The notes beneath the pieces were generated by a model, which searched no databases, had not been told where the DNA came from, and saw only the letters and a list, made by a program, of their open reading frames with translations. 64,000 nucleotides of DNA from Candidatus Altimarinota bacterium (GTDB taxonomy: Bacteria > Patescibacteriota > Gracilibacteria > UBA4473), in assembly GCA_965231215.1 (NCBI GenBank), contig OZ246423.1:512001-576000 (forward strand). Direction: 5' to 3'. Position 1 is the first letter of the stretch. The number at the start of each line of letters is the position of its first letter. The translations under genes and the position numbers were made by a program. Below, piece by piece: positions 38,436 through 48,104 of this stretch.

Positions 38436-38616
38436 ACTCCGTCCTAGATTTATCCTGAATTTATTTCAGGACTTCGTGACGTCGTCGCACAAAAAACAAA
38501 TGCCTACGGCGCTTGTTTTTGTGTTTGCTCCTCGTATCGAACCCAGCACATATGCGGGTCCTCAAACACTAACTATTTTAAAACCCAGACAGCCTAAGGG
38601 CTGACTGATTTTTAAA
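38436..38616 (-). repeat. tRNA-linked palindromic element
   Basis: Several hairpins lying between two halves of a duplicated tRNA-Trp T-arm, plus a terminator-like hairpin. Confidence 0.6.
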
Positions 38617-38690
38617 TGGCAGGCGCTGAAGGAATCGAACCCTCGACCTCGGTTTTGGAGACCGATGTTATACCACTTAACTAAGCGCCT
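38617..38690 (-). tRNA. tRNA-Trp(CCA)
   Basis: AGGCGCT...TCGGT-CTCCAAA-ACCGA...AGCGCCT GCCA. Confidence 0.95.
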
Positions 38691-38853
38691 TTGTCATTGG
38701 CAGCTAGGTAATTTCGTAAAATTAAATTTTTACTTCAGTCCTTCGCTACCTTCTCCATACCTTACAAAAGCATACTTTTTTTGCCGCTTTTATTGGGTAA
38801 AAATAGAGAGCACGGGTGATCCTAATATTTACTATAAAAAAATCAATACCCCG

Positions 38854-40785
38854 TTATTTCTTTTGTAATATCTGCCCCATGCAAAGTAATGCCGCTACGC
38901 TCCAAGCCTGATTAATACAACCTTTACCCTCTTTAGGTTTAAGACCATCAAAAACTTCACTCACCCCACCAATACATCCATCTTCATAAAAGTGCTCAAG
39001 TAATGGTTTTACTTCTTCCGTTAAACGAGCTTGTGTGTGCTTGAGACCAAATAAATTTTCATGAGCCACCCAGTAGTCAGCCAATAAAAACGGCCAAACC
39101 GTTCCCTGATGATAAGCCCTATCCCTCTCAAACGAGTCTCCTTTATACTCTGGAATAAAGTTTGGATCATCAGGAGCCAGTGTTCTTAGGCCCAAAGAGG
39201 TATAGCAAGTTTCATAAACTTTAAGCAAAACATTCTCCTGTTGTTGTTTACTCAAAGGGGAAAAGGGCAAGCTCACACTATAAATCTGGTTTGGTCGCAC
39301 AGACTCATCCCATCCCTTCCCAGGCACAAAAACATCATTCAAATAATCACCACATACATTCCAAAATGTAGGCTCAAAATGATGTTCAAATTTACTAATC
39401 CAGCTCCCTACATCAAAGTGCAACTTATTGTTGGCCCCTACTTCCTTACTCAAAAACTGATAAATTTTTAGCGCGTTATACCAAAGACAATTAATTTCTA
39501 CTGGGCATCCTGCACGAGGGGTCACTACAAAATCCCCAACCTTCGCATCCATCCACGTGAGTTGTTGTCCACTATGGGCAGCAAAAATAAGCCCTTCTGA
39601 GGTGATCCCAATATTGTGATGTGTGCCTGAAACATGATATCCTAAAATTTCGGTCAGTTGTGGAAATATTTTATTTACAAAAGTGATGTCTTTAAATTCC
39701 CGGTAGTAATACCAAAGAGCCACAAAAAACCATAACGTTCCATCCGCTGTATTATACTCTAAGGCTTCTCCTGTACGATCAGGGAACCGATTAGGGAGTA
39801 GCCCCTCTTTAGCGGAATCTAAAAACCCTTTTAAAATACCCTGAACCTCTTTTTGACCTAAATGAGGCATTAAAAACCGGAGTGAGATTAATGTGTCTCG
39901 AGACCAATCCATAAACCAAGGATATCCAGCTATGACCGTTTTGGATCGAGTTGAAGCCCGATCCACAATAAACTGTTGCGATGAAAAAACCGCCTCTCTG
40001 TACCAAGGACATTTTTTAGATTCTGGAATAGCCTTATAGTGGTCTTCAACCTCTTTAAACACGGTTTTGGGATTCTTTTTTACTGTTTTTTCTGTCGTGA
40101 GAGTAACAAAAACTGTTTCTCCTGGAGTAAGATTTATGACCAGTTTTCCTGGGGTAAAAGCCTCTTCGGTAGACTCAAAACCTCTCGCGGCTTCCTCCGC
40201 ATAGAAAAAATTATAATACCAATCAGGATTAACCTCCCACTGCCCTAGACTAGAATTTATAATACACAAATCATTCACTTTAAGCGTGGTTTTACTCATA
40301 ACTCGAACTGAAAACCCGTCATGCTTATGGGTTAAGTAGTGATGATCTCGCATAACCAAAAGCGGATTCAGATGAAGCTTAAATTTTGATTCCCCTGTAT
40401 TTTTATAAGAAACAATAGTCGTATTTTTACCCGGCCTCATGGTTATCGATTTCACACACTTCCACTGTTTGTTTCCATACTCCCAAACAGGGTAAGGGAA
40501 CCGCGAAAAGTGGTTCAAATAATCATTGTAAGGCTTCTCACTCCCTACATAAATTTCAGTCGAAAGAGGATAAGTTTTGTCTTTGTATTCTAACTTTTCC
40601 ACCATATGAGAAACTATCATTTGCCGATCTGTTGGTGGATTTTGAGCCATGCATAGCAGTCCATGATAACGCCGTGTATGGCCCCCCAAAATAGTACTCG
40701 ACCCATAGCCTCCAAGTCCATTAGTAATCAGCCATTCTTCGGCCATAAGTTCTCTGGCTGCAGGCTTCAAAAGATTTAATTTCAT
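38854..40785 (-). CDS. Glycogen debranching enzyme (amylo-alpha-1,6-glucosidase)
   Basis: EWLITNGLGGY, AGYPWF.DW.RD, LTWMDA, YHQGTVWP, QAWSVA. Confidence 0.92.
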   Translation of the reverse strand: MKLNLLKPAARELMAEEWLITNGLGGYGSSTILGGHTRRYHGLLCMAQNPPTDRQMIVSHMVEKLEYKDKTYPLSTEIYVGSEKPYNDYLNHFSRFPYPVWEYGNKQWKCVKSITMRPGKNTTIVSYKNTGESKFKLHLNPLLVMRDHHYLTHKHDGFSVRVMSKTTLKVNDLCIINSSLGQWEVNPDWYYNFFYAEEAARGFESTEEAFTPGKLVINLTPGETVFVTLTTEKTVKKNPKTVFKEVEDHYKAIPESKKCPWYREAVFSSQQFIVDRASTRSKTVIAGYPWFMDWSRDTLISLRFLMPHLGQKEVQGILKGFLDSAKEGLLPNRFPDRTGEALEYNTADGTLWFFVALWYYYREFKDITFVNKIFPQLTEILGYHVSGTHHNIGITSEGLIFAAHSGQQLTWMDAKVGDFVVTPRAGCPVEINCLWYNALKIYQFLSKEVGANNKLHFDVGSWISKFEHHFEPTFWNVCGDYLNDVFVPGKGWDESVRPNQIYSVSLPFSPLSKQQQENVLLKVYETCYTSLGLRTLAPDDPNFIPEYKGDSFERDRAYHQGTVWPFLLADYWVAHENLFGLKHTQARLTEEVKPLLEHFYEDGCIGGVSEVFDGLKPKEGKGCINQAWSVAALLCMGQILQKK

Positions 40786-40867
40786 AAGTAGGAAAAGTAT
40801 AAGCTAGAAACCCTAAAAAGCCTTTAAATTTAGCTAGTCAAAGCCTCTAAAAAATGGCTGTTATAAA

Positions 40868-42019
40868 TTATTTAATCTGACTTAAAACCCATACTAGTTT
40901 CAACCGCAAAACCCGCTTTATTTTGGCTTCAATTTCACGTTTAAATTCTGGATTTTTTTTCATGGCTTCCAAGATTTGCACATTAAATTTTTCTGGATCT
41001 TCAGGCATAAGCACAATATCAGCCCCAGCTTTAAGCGCTAAAAAGTCCGCATTATAAAAGTCTCGAACCGCCCCCATATTCATAGCGTCGGTAATAATTA
41101 CACCCTCAAACCCCAAATCTTCACGCAGTAATTTTTGCATAATCACAGGAGACAACGTTGCTGGTTTGAGCTCTGTATCATAATCCGGATGTCCATCTAC
41201 TGCCAAATGGCCTACCATCATTACCAAAGTTCCAGCCTCAATAGCCGACTCAAAATTGGGAAGTTCTAGCAACTTTTTACCAATCGTTTGAACCGCTTTA
41301 TGAGTGTCCCCCTCTACGCTCCCATGGCCAGGAAAATGTTTAGCTGTGGCAATAATGTTGTTGAGGTGATGCTCAAATACAAAATGATTGGCTAATTTCG
41401 TTACCTCTTGCTTAAAAGCCCTATTCCCAATAATACTCTCATTTCCTCCGGCATCGTAGACAGGCGCAAAATTAAAATTTATACCCAAGCTTTTTAATTT
41501 TTGGGCTATAAGCTGAGAGTTAATCTGAGCCTCTTGTAGCGTTTTTATGTCAGCGGTTTTTTCAATATCCAAAAAATTTCCCTCTGGCATACGATTCTCC
41601 AAAAGAGATGGCTCGGCATCAATAGCTATTAAAAGGGGGACTCTTGTTTTGTTTTGGGTTCTCAAATGAGCCACATCAAAATCTGTAAACTTTGAATTCA
41701 GAATCATAAACCCGCCAATATCTCCAGATTGAATCCAGCTTTTTATCTGCACTCTAGGCATACTTTCTTCCCAAGCGGGCATGATGAGTTGAGCCACTCT
41801 TTGTTTAGGCGTAAGTGACTGGTACCAGGCTTCAACTAACTGATCCAAAAATGGATCTTGGCTGAAATAATCCGAAAGTTCAAAATTCAGATCAAAACGA
41901 GCAATTGCAAAATCTGGAAAAAACCACTGGCTCAGCCTTTGCTCCACTGAGGGAACAAAGCCAACCCCAACTCCCAGAGCCAGGCTTAAAACAACTAAAC
42001 AAAAATGTTTCCAATTCAT
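40868..42019 (-). CDS. GH3 beta-N-acetylhexosaminidase (NagZ-like), N-terminally anchored
   Basis: KHFPGHG...DTH, MVGH, IITDAMNMGA. Confidence 0.88.
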   Translation of the reverse strand: MNWKHFCLVVLSLALGVGVGFVPSVEQRLSQWFFPDFAIARFDLNFELSDYFSQDPFLDQLVEAWYQSLTPKQRVAQLIMPAWEESMPRVQIKSWIQSGDIGGFMILNSKFTDFDVAHLRTQNKTRVPLLIAIDAEPSLLENRMPEGNFLDIEKTADIKTLQEAQINSQLIAQKLKSLGINFNFAPVYDAGGNESIIGNRAFKQEVTKLANHFVFEHHLNNIIATAKHFPGHGSVEGDTHKAVQTIGKKLLELPNFESAIEAGTLVMMVGHLAVDGHPDYDTELKPATLSPVIMQKLLREDLGFEGVIITDAMNMGAVRDFYNADFLALKAGADIVLMPEDPEKFNVQILEAMKKNPEFKREIEAKIKRVLRLKLVWVLSQIK

Positions 42020-42178
42020 AAAAAAAATACTCTACCACGATCAATGGTAGAGTATAGTAAAAATTTTTAAAGTCAGAAATTCAAAGGAACAAAAATATTT
42101 TTGAGATAAACCTATTAAATTATACCCGTTCAAAAAATCTCTGAAGTTAACCCTGAAGGTTAAAACTTTAAAAGTTGT

Positions 42179-42505
42179 TTAGTAATAGTGGTAACGAGAA
42201 GAACCACAACCATACCCCGTTCTCATTCGGTAGTTGTGAGAAGGGTAAAGTGTACGGTTAGTCACATTCCGATTGTAGTGGTAGTTGTATTGAGCTACCG
42301 GTCGGTAGTTTCGATAACCACAAGTTGTACAAGGCCGATAGTTTCGATAATTATGACACCCAGTATTACAGGTTCTGTAATTTGAGTAATAACTAGAACC
42401 ACATCCCCCTGAACAAGCAGAACCATAACTATGGTAAGCTTCTGCAGAGCCTGCAAAGAGCATTACCCCAAACAAAAATCCGAAGCCGATCACCATTTTT
42501 TTCAT
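42179..42505 (-). CDS. Secreted Cys/Tyr/Arg-rich small protein
   Basis: MKKMV...SAEA| signal peptide; NYR repeats and CxxC/CxxxC pairs. Confidence 0.7.
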   Translation of the reverse strand: MKKMVIGFGFLFGVMLFAGSAEAYHSYGSACSGGCGSSYYSNYRTCNTGCHNYRNYRPCTTCGYRNYRPVAQYNYHYNRNVTNRTLYPSHNYRMRTGYGCGSSRYHYY

Positions 42506-42614
42506 TGTGGGATTTATGAAAAACATAACCATCTTACACTTGGCAATATTTACCACAAATTATTTTATGTAATTTTTGTAGTTTAATTTATAAAGCTATT
42601 TAAATTCCAAAATT

Positions 42615-43142
42615 TTATTCAACAATGGCGTAGGCTCGAACCGGACTCCCATCCCCTTCTTGAATTTTTAAAGGCACTCCGTGAAAAAAGAAATGTTTGG
42701 GCAATTTATCAGTATGTTCTAGCCGCTCAAAAGAAATAATGCCCTGTTCCAAAAGATATCTTTCAATCTCAATATCAAACTCAAAGTGAGCGGGCATACC
42801 TATAAATTTTGGTCCAATTTCAACTACTTTTTTAGCTATATCCCACGTAATATCAGTTTTATTAAAAATAAGTCCCAGATTGGGTTTTATATCTTTCTCA
42901 GACTCATAAAGGGTAGCATTCCCCAAAAAATCATGGATCTGGTAATCATCCAAATTTTTACCATCTACCGTTGCATGGATGGGGACATTCACATGCGTTC
43001 CATCATGAGAATTAATTTCTATCCGTCGCATATTCCATCCCGTGTCGGCAAAAACTTCAGCCATAGAAATATTGACTTTCGAGTCTCCGGGATACACCCA
43101 CATTTCTGGGTGAATAGGTTGGGATAAATCTATAATTTTCAT
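42615..43142 (-). CDS. Cyclase family (kynurenine formamidase-like) metallohydrolase
   Basis: DLSQP..YPGD, HDGTHVNVP.H, GDGSPVRA. Confidence 0.88.
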   Translation of the reverse strand: MKIIDLSQPIHPEMWVYPGDSKVNISMAEVFADTGWNMRRIEINSHDGTHVNVPIHATVDGKNLDDYQIHDFLGNATLYESEKDIKPNLGLIFNKTDITWDIAKKVVEIGPKFIGMPAHFEFDIEIERYLLEQGIISFERLEHTDKLPKHFFFHGVPLKIQEGDGSPVRAYAIVE

Positions 43143-43238
43143 AATCAGAGTATATCAAAAAAGAAGGCTTACAGAAGATATTTTTTACAGAGTTGTCCCT
43201 TCAAAATTAACTAATTCTATGATAAAATGGGGTAACTC

Positions 43239-44339
43239 ATGGAGTTTATAAAAAAAGTTCTCAAATTTTTTTCTCGGTTCACTGATCCAGTGGAAAAGGA
43301 GATTTATAATTTTTTATTAGCCCTGAAGCCAAAATCAAATCGTGAAACCGCCAAAAAAAGAGCTCAAGTTCTACTACAAAAAGACACGGCCCGAATGACC
43401 ATGATTTTAGAATGGAAATTTAAAGGCTACACACACCTCACCAAAAAATATAGGGAACAGTGCTACCAAAATCTAGCATTAATGAAGCAGGATTTTGAAA
43501 AATTTTGTGAAGGAAAAAACCCAACTAATTCAAAAGCCTATCTTGAGTGCATTTCCCAGTATCTCAAACCTCATAAAAAAATTGAATACAAGGCTGGAGC
43601 CAGCTTTGATAAACTCTGTAAAGATCCAAACACAGAAAAACTTGTGGGCGATTGTAACCAACTGGTAGCCCTTTATGTATACTTATTTAGTCAAAAATAC
43701 GACATTGGTGAACTTCAAATCAAACTCATGCCAGGGCATGTATGTCTTCATCATGATGGATTAGATTATGAAGCTACTACTGGAGACATTAGCCAATACA
43801 CAGAGTTTGAGAGACTCGGAAATATCACAGAAATGATCGCTGTAAACCTCCTTGATACGGCTGACCACAGTGAATCCCAACACGAACTCCCCGCCGAAAA
43901 TAAACTTCAATGTGCCGAAGCCGCTCTAGTGTTATCAGAAAATCAAGAAATCGCACAACACAATCTGGATGCGGCTTACCACAATATGGCTATTAAGAAA
44001 ATGAACGCTAAAGACTTCAAAGGCGCGGCCAAATGGGCTGAAAAAACAAAAGATAAAAGCTTGTTAGATGTCGTCTTACACAACGAAGCCGTCTACCATC
44101 TAAACCATAAACACTACGACCGGTCACGTAAAATTTTTAAACGTCTAAGCGATAAGGCTGGAGTCAAAGCCGTAGACCAAAAAGAATTACAGAGCCTGGT
44201 AGAAAAATTAAAAGGCTGCAAAACCACCGCCGACTACAAAGCCAAACGGACCATCATTTACAAAATCAAAAGACTCGCCCTCACCCTGCATGATAGTGAA
44301 ATGCAAAAATTCTGTGAAAATATCCTCAAACAAATCTAA
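43239..44339 (+). CDS. Transglutaminase-like domain protein with helical repeats
   Basis: GDCNQL / PGHVCL / YEATTG putative Cys-His-Glu triad. Confidence 0.6.
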   Translation: MEFIKKVLKFFSRFTDPVEKEIYNFLLALKPKSNRETAKKRAQVLLQKDTARMTMILEWKFKGYTHLTKKYREQCYQNLALMKQDFEKFCEGKNPTNSKAYLECISQYLKPHKKIEYKAGASFDKLCKDPNTEKLVGDCNQLVALYVYLFSQKYDIGELQIKLMPGHVCLHHDGLDYEATTGDISQYTEFERLGNITEMIAVNLLDTADHSESQHELPAENKLQCAEAALVLSENQEIAQHNLDAAYHNMAIKKMNAKDFKGAAKWAEKTKDKSLLDVVLHNEAVYHLNHKHYDRSRKIFKRLSDKAGVKAVDQKELQSLVEKLKGCKTTADYKAKRTIIYKIKRLALTLHDSEMQKFCENILKQI

Positions 44340-44436
44340 TGGAAATAGGCACTATAGCCGATAAGTCTTATTTCAAAGAAATATAAAAAAGCTCTCACCA
44401 AAGTGAAAGCTTTTTTACTCTCTTAGTTAGCCCCAT

Positions 44437-45807
44437 TTATTCTGTTTCCAAAAACCTCTCCTGTAATCTTTCTATAATCGATTCTATTTCTGATGTAATA
44501 CTCAGTATAACCCCCTCATCGGTATTAGATTTTTCAATCATCACATTACTATTCCGAGAAACCGGAACTTCCATATTTTGCAATCGCTCTACGATTTGAT
44601 CAATGAGTGAAGTAATCTCAAGATTAATACCCTCTTCAGTATGGCTTACAGCCTTATTAATAAGGCCTGAGTTGCCTGGCCTTCTTGAAGGACGTTGTGA
44701 TTGAGACTGCCCAAAATTTGGTTGTGGGCCCCCTCGAACCCCTTGGGGTTCCTCAGGCCTCGGGCCATGTCCACCAGCAAAACTTGAATCAGCATTCCCT
44801 TTCAAACATCTTGGGAAAAAAGGAAAAGCATCGGTCGCATAATAGACGTACTCATCGCCAATGAAGATCCCATTACAGGCATCAAGATCTCCAGCACCAG
44901 CAACAAAATCATAATCTTGGGTAAAGGTCCCATCATAAGTTCCCCCTGGCCCTTCACTTCCATCCGGTCTGTTGCCTGATTTTAACTGGTAGCTTGAATC
45001 TATATCAGCTCGATAATAAATCGGAAATCCATCCGCCGCCCAGGCAATTTGAGTCCCCTTAACATCCGAAGAAAGCGAAGACACTAAATCATCAGAAACT
45101 CCATGATAATGGTATTTCCCCCCTGGCTGTACATGCGCATTTTGATGGTCTAATCCCAGGGTCAACCGTGTTCCTTGTATGCCCTCATAGTTCCAAACAG
45201 TCGTTCCACCTGTCCATTTTTCAGCCGTTCCAGGTTCAATCGGAAGTCCGTTTAAGGCCACTCCCACAATTCGCGCTTGGACCGCATTATCAGTATAAGT
45301 GGGGTTTACTGGAATTTTAAATTCATGGTACTGGGCTTCAATTCCATTAGGGTTTTGGCTATTAGGAAAAGTCCCCGTATCATGGTCGGCAATCCCATTA
45401 GATTTAATAATCCGCCTATCCCCTTCAATACTAATTTCTACCCAATTTTCAGTACTAGAAACTCCATCCGGTAATTCGGCCCTTGATTCTTGATTTCTTT
45501 CAGGTCGTCCTTGTCTAAATCCTCTTTGAGGTGACTCAAATGACGTTCTTTCCTGGGGTTGCAAATGGCCCTCTTCTGAATGCGAACCTCTTCCAAAAGG
45601 ATGTCTTGGTTCTCCCCGAAATCCTGGCCCTCCACGTGGGAGACCCCATTGCTGTTGACCTCCTGGTTCCTCCCCAAAATGGTGTGGAGGTGGATGACCC
45701 AATCCTGGACCAAAAGCTTTAGTTTCATCCACAAAACTAAACCCTAAAACTCCAAGAACTAAAAAACCGCTGAACACACCGATAGCCGTTGCACTTTTAT
45801 TTTTCAT
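44437..45807 (-). CDS. Secreted YHYH-domain protein with Gly/Pro/Arg-rich linkers and two C-terminal repeats
   Basis: GVALNG, NAHVQPGGKYHYHG, WAADGFPIY, GDLDACNG. Confidence 0.9.
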   Translation of the reverse strand: MKNKSATAIGVFSGFLVLGVLGFSFVDETKAFGPGLGHPPPHHFGEEPGGQQQWGLPRGGPGFRGEPRHPFGRGSHSEEGHLQPQERTSFESPQRGFRQGRPERNQESRAELPDGVSSTENWVEISIEGDRRIIKSNGIADHDTGTFPNSQNPNGIEAQYHEFKIPVNPTYTDNAVQARIVGVALNGLPIEPGTAEKWTGGTTVWNYEGIQGTRLTLGLDHQNAHVQPGGKYHYHGVSDDLVSSLSSDVKGTQIAWAADGFPIYYRADIDSSYQLKSGNRPDGSEGPGGTYDGTFTQDYDFVAGAGDLDACNGIFIGDEYVYYATDAFPFFPRCLKGNADSSFAGGHGPRPEEPQGVRGGPQPNFGQSQSQRPSRRPGNSGLINKAVSHTEEGINLEITSLIDQIVERLQNMEVPVSRNSNVMIEKSNTDEGVILSITSEIESIIERLQERFLETE

Positions 45808-45842
45808 ATTTTTTCATTAATAATACTCTGTGCAAAGATATA

Positions 45843-45869
45843 TACGCAAGGTTCTTAAAGTTTCTTTCA
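45843..45869 (-). promoter_or_regulatory. Putative ECF promoter, copy 3
   Basis: Minus strand TTTTTTTGAAAG-N17-CGTATA, 35 nt upstream of the YHYH gene ATG. Confidence 0.7.
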
Positions 45870-45893
45870 AAAAAATGTACAGTATTTTCACCA

Positions 45894-47024
45894 ATGAATC
45901 AAAAAAAACAGGATACCGAGTACAAAGCGAGTTGGCTCGAACTTTTTTTTGATTTAGTTTTTGTAGCTTTTATCGCGCAACTTACTTATTATTTAAGCTA
46001 TCATCATCACCACTGGGAAGATTTTTTACAAGTGGGATTAGTAGCTTATATGATCTTTTTGACCTGGCTTATAACTACCGCCAATAGAAACCTCAGGCAA
46101 AATGATGAAGACATTATAGATATTTTAGCTATCCAATCTCAAATGCTCATAATTATGATTATGAGTTTAAGTCTGCCTCAGGCTTTTGGGGATCTGAGTT
46201 GGCTCTTTTTTGGAGCTATGGCCGTAAACGGATTCATTAGTGGCGCCCTTATTAGAAGGTTTTATAGGCTTCACCCAGAAAGGCGTCCAAAAACACTCAA
46301 TATGTGGTGGGGATTTTTTATAGCCGCTTGTTTATGGGCCGTAGCGGGCTTACTTCCAACTCCTTATCTGTACATAGTAGCTCTATCAGCAATGACTTTA
46401 AGTGTATTAAGCCCAATGACTAGGGGAAAAGGGAATACAACAACTCTTTTAAATATGCATCATCTATTAGAAAGACTTGGTCTTTTTCTACTACTGGTGA
46501 TGGGGGAAGCCGTTCTCGTAGTAGCCCTCACCAATGGTTTAGGACAAGAATTCAATCCAGAAAAAGTAATTATTATCCTCTCTGGGGTGATGCTGATGAT
46601 TGGCTTGTGGTGGCTGTATTTTCCTTACATCAATAAGCAGGCAAAAGGCAAAAGATCCCGTCAATTACAAATAACTCTTCACGCCCATAATCTGCTATAC
46701 CTAAGCCTCATTTTAGTAGCTACAGGTTTAAGGATTCTTATTAAAAACCCAGGAGCTTCTTTAGAAAAAATGTGGATATTTTTGGTTGGTGTAGCCACCA
46801 TGATAATCGCTTTTAACATCATTCGTGGAACTCTTACCCACACTACTAAAAAATCTATTCAATCAACTGGAGCCTTTTTAATACTACTTATTTTAATAAT
46901 TGGGTTCTGCCATATAGGATCCTGGCCTGCCATAGCCATGGTACCAGTGATTACCGCCCTTTTTATCGTCTATGCAGTCTTAGACTACTACAAACATTTT
47001 GGTAAAAAATGCGTAATTCACTAG
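45894..47024 (+). CDS. Low temperature requirement protein A (LtrA) family
   Basis: ASWLELFFDLVFVA, HLLERLGLF..VMGE, LWWLYF. Confidence 0.9.
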   Translation: MNQKKQDTEYKASWLELFFDLVFVAFIAQLTYYLSYHHHHWEDFLQVGLVAYMIFLTWLITTANRNLRQNDEDIIDILAIQSQMLIIMIMSLSLPQAFGDLSWLFFGAMAVNGFISGALIRRFYRLHPERRPKTLNMWWGFFIAACLWAVAGLLPTPYLYIVALSAMTLSVLSPMTRGKGNTTTLLNMHHLLERLGLFLLLVMGEAVLVVALTNGLGQEFNPEKVIIILSGVMLMIGLWWLYFPYINKQAKGKRSRQLQITLHAHNLLYLSLILVATGLRILIKNPGASLEKMWIFLVGVATMIIAFNIIRGTLTHTTKKSIQSTGAFLILLILIIGFCHIGSWPAIAMVPVITALFIVYAVLDYYKHFGKKCVIH

Positions 47025-47032
47025 AATCCCTC

Positions 47033-48043
47033 CTAAAAAAGAATTCTAACCACTACCCACCAAAGCGCCAAACCAGAAATAACCGTTGCAAAAAAGGGCA
47101 CAAACCAGGTATTAAATTTGAGTTTGTACACAACCCAGAGCAAAGGCAAAAAGAAGGCCAAAATAATCAACTGACCAATCTCTACTCCGATATTAAAAAA
47201 CAATAATGACCAGATCAGCATATTTGGATCTGGAGCATAGTTTTGAAATACCCCTGCAAACCCAAGACCATGGAAAAGGCCAAATAAAAAAATCACCAAA
47301 AGACTATTATGCTGATTTGCAAACCAAGGATATTTCTTACTAAGAAATACCGTAGTTATCGCCATGTAAGCAATAGAGGCAGCAATAATAGGCTCTACGA
47401 TAGACTCGGAAATCGTGAGTATTTGAGTCCCTCCAAGCAGCAATGTAACTGAATGTGCAATCGTAAAAGTTGTTACCAACGCCAACACTCTCCGCCAAGG
47501 GGGAAGCAACAAGACTAAAGCCAGTACAAACAAAATATGATCTAACCCCACCAAAATATGCTCTATTCCAAAAGTTATATAATTCTTGGCAAACTGCCAA
47601 AAATTTACTGCCTGAGGCTCATTATAGACTTCATCAAAAGTCTGTGAAAGCTCATTAAGCAAAACTAAATCATTCGTCGTAAAAGTTCGAGCATCAGTTT
47701 CTCCAGCAAATAACTGTTCTACTTTTTCAAATAAATCGGAATCTTCAAGCTCTGGTTGGGCCTCAATAAAATCTAAAATTTCTTGGTTTTTAGCTTCTGG
47801 GTTTTGTAGCAAATAGTTGATTAACACTTCAGGCAGACTAAAACTTTGATTGGCCTCCGATTCTGCCCACTCCATCCCTGTATTTTGCATCCCTGAACTT
47901 TCTAGAAACGCGTCAAACTCAACCTGAGTCGCATCTGGATTTTCGGCTAAAAATTGCAAAACCTCAGGGGGAATACTATGAGATTGAGCACTCCCAACTA
48001 GAAGTAAAAACCCGAGTGCCAAACTCAAAAATAATTTTTTCAT
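47033..48043 (-). CDS. HupE/UreJ-family membrane protein with N-terminal acidic extracytoplasmic domain
   Basis: GIEHILVGLDHILF, FTIAHSVTL, FGLFHGLGFA, FNIGVEIGQ. Confidence 0.88.
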   Translation of the reverse strand: MKKLFLSLALGFLLLVGSAQSHSIPPEVLQFLAENPDATQVEFDAFLESSGMQNTGMEWAESEANQSFSLPEVLINYLLQNPEAKNQEILDFIEAQPELEDSDLFEKVEQLFAGETDARTFTTNDLVLLNELSQTFDEVYNEPQAVNFWQFAKNYITFGIEHILVGLDHILFVLALVLLLPPWRRVLALVTTFTIAHSVTLLLGGTQILTISESIVEPIIAASIAYMAITTVFLSKKYPWFANQHNSLLVIFLFGLFHGLGFAGVFQNYAPDPNMLIWSLLFFNIGVEIGQLIILAFFLPLLWVVYKLKFNTWFVPFFATVISGLALWWVVVRILF

Positions 48044-48104
48044 TCTGGATAAGTACACGTAAAACATTTTAAATTTAATTCAAAAAAAATAAACTCATTC
48101 CACT

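Noticed and set aside
38436-38604. C-terminal part of ORF 38089-38604 as protein
   Set aside because: It is read-through across the att into palindromic non-coding DNA.
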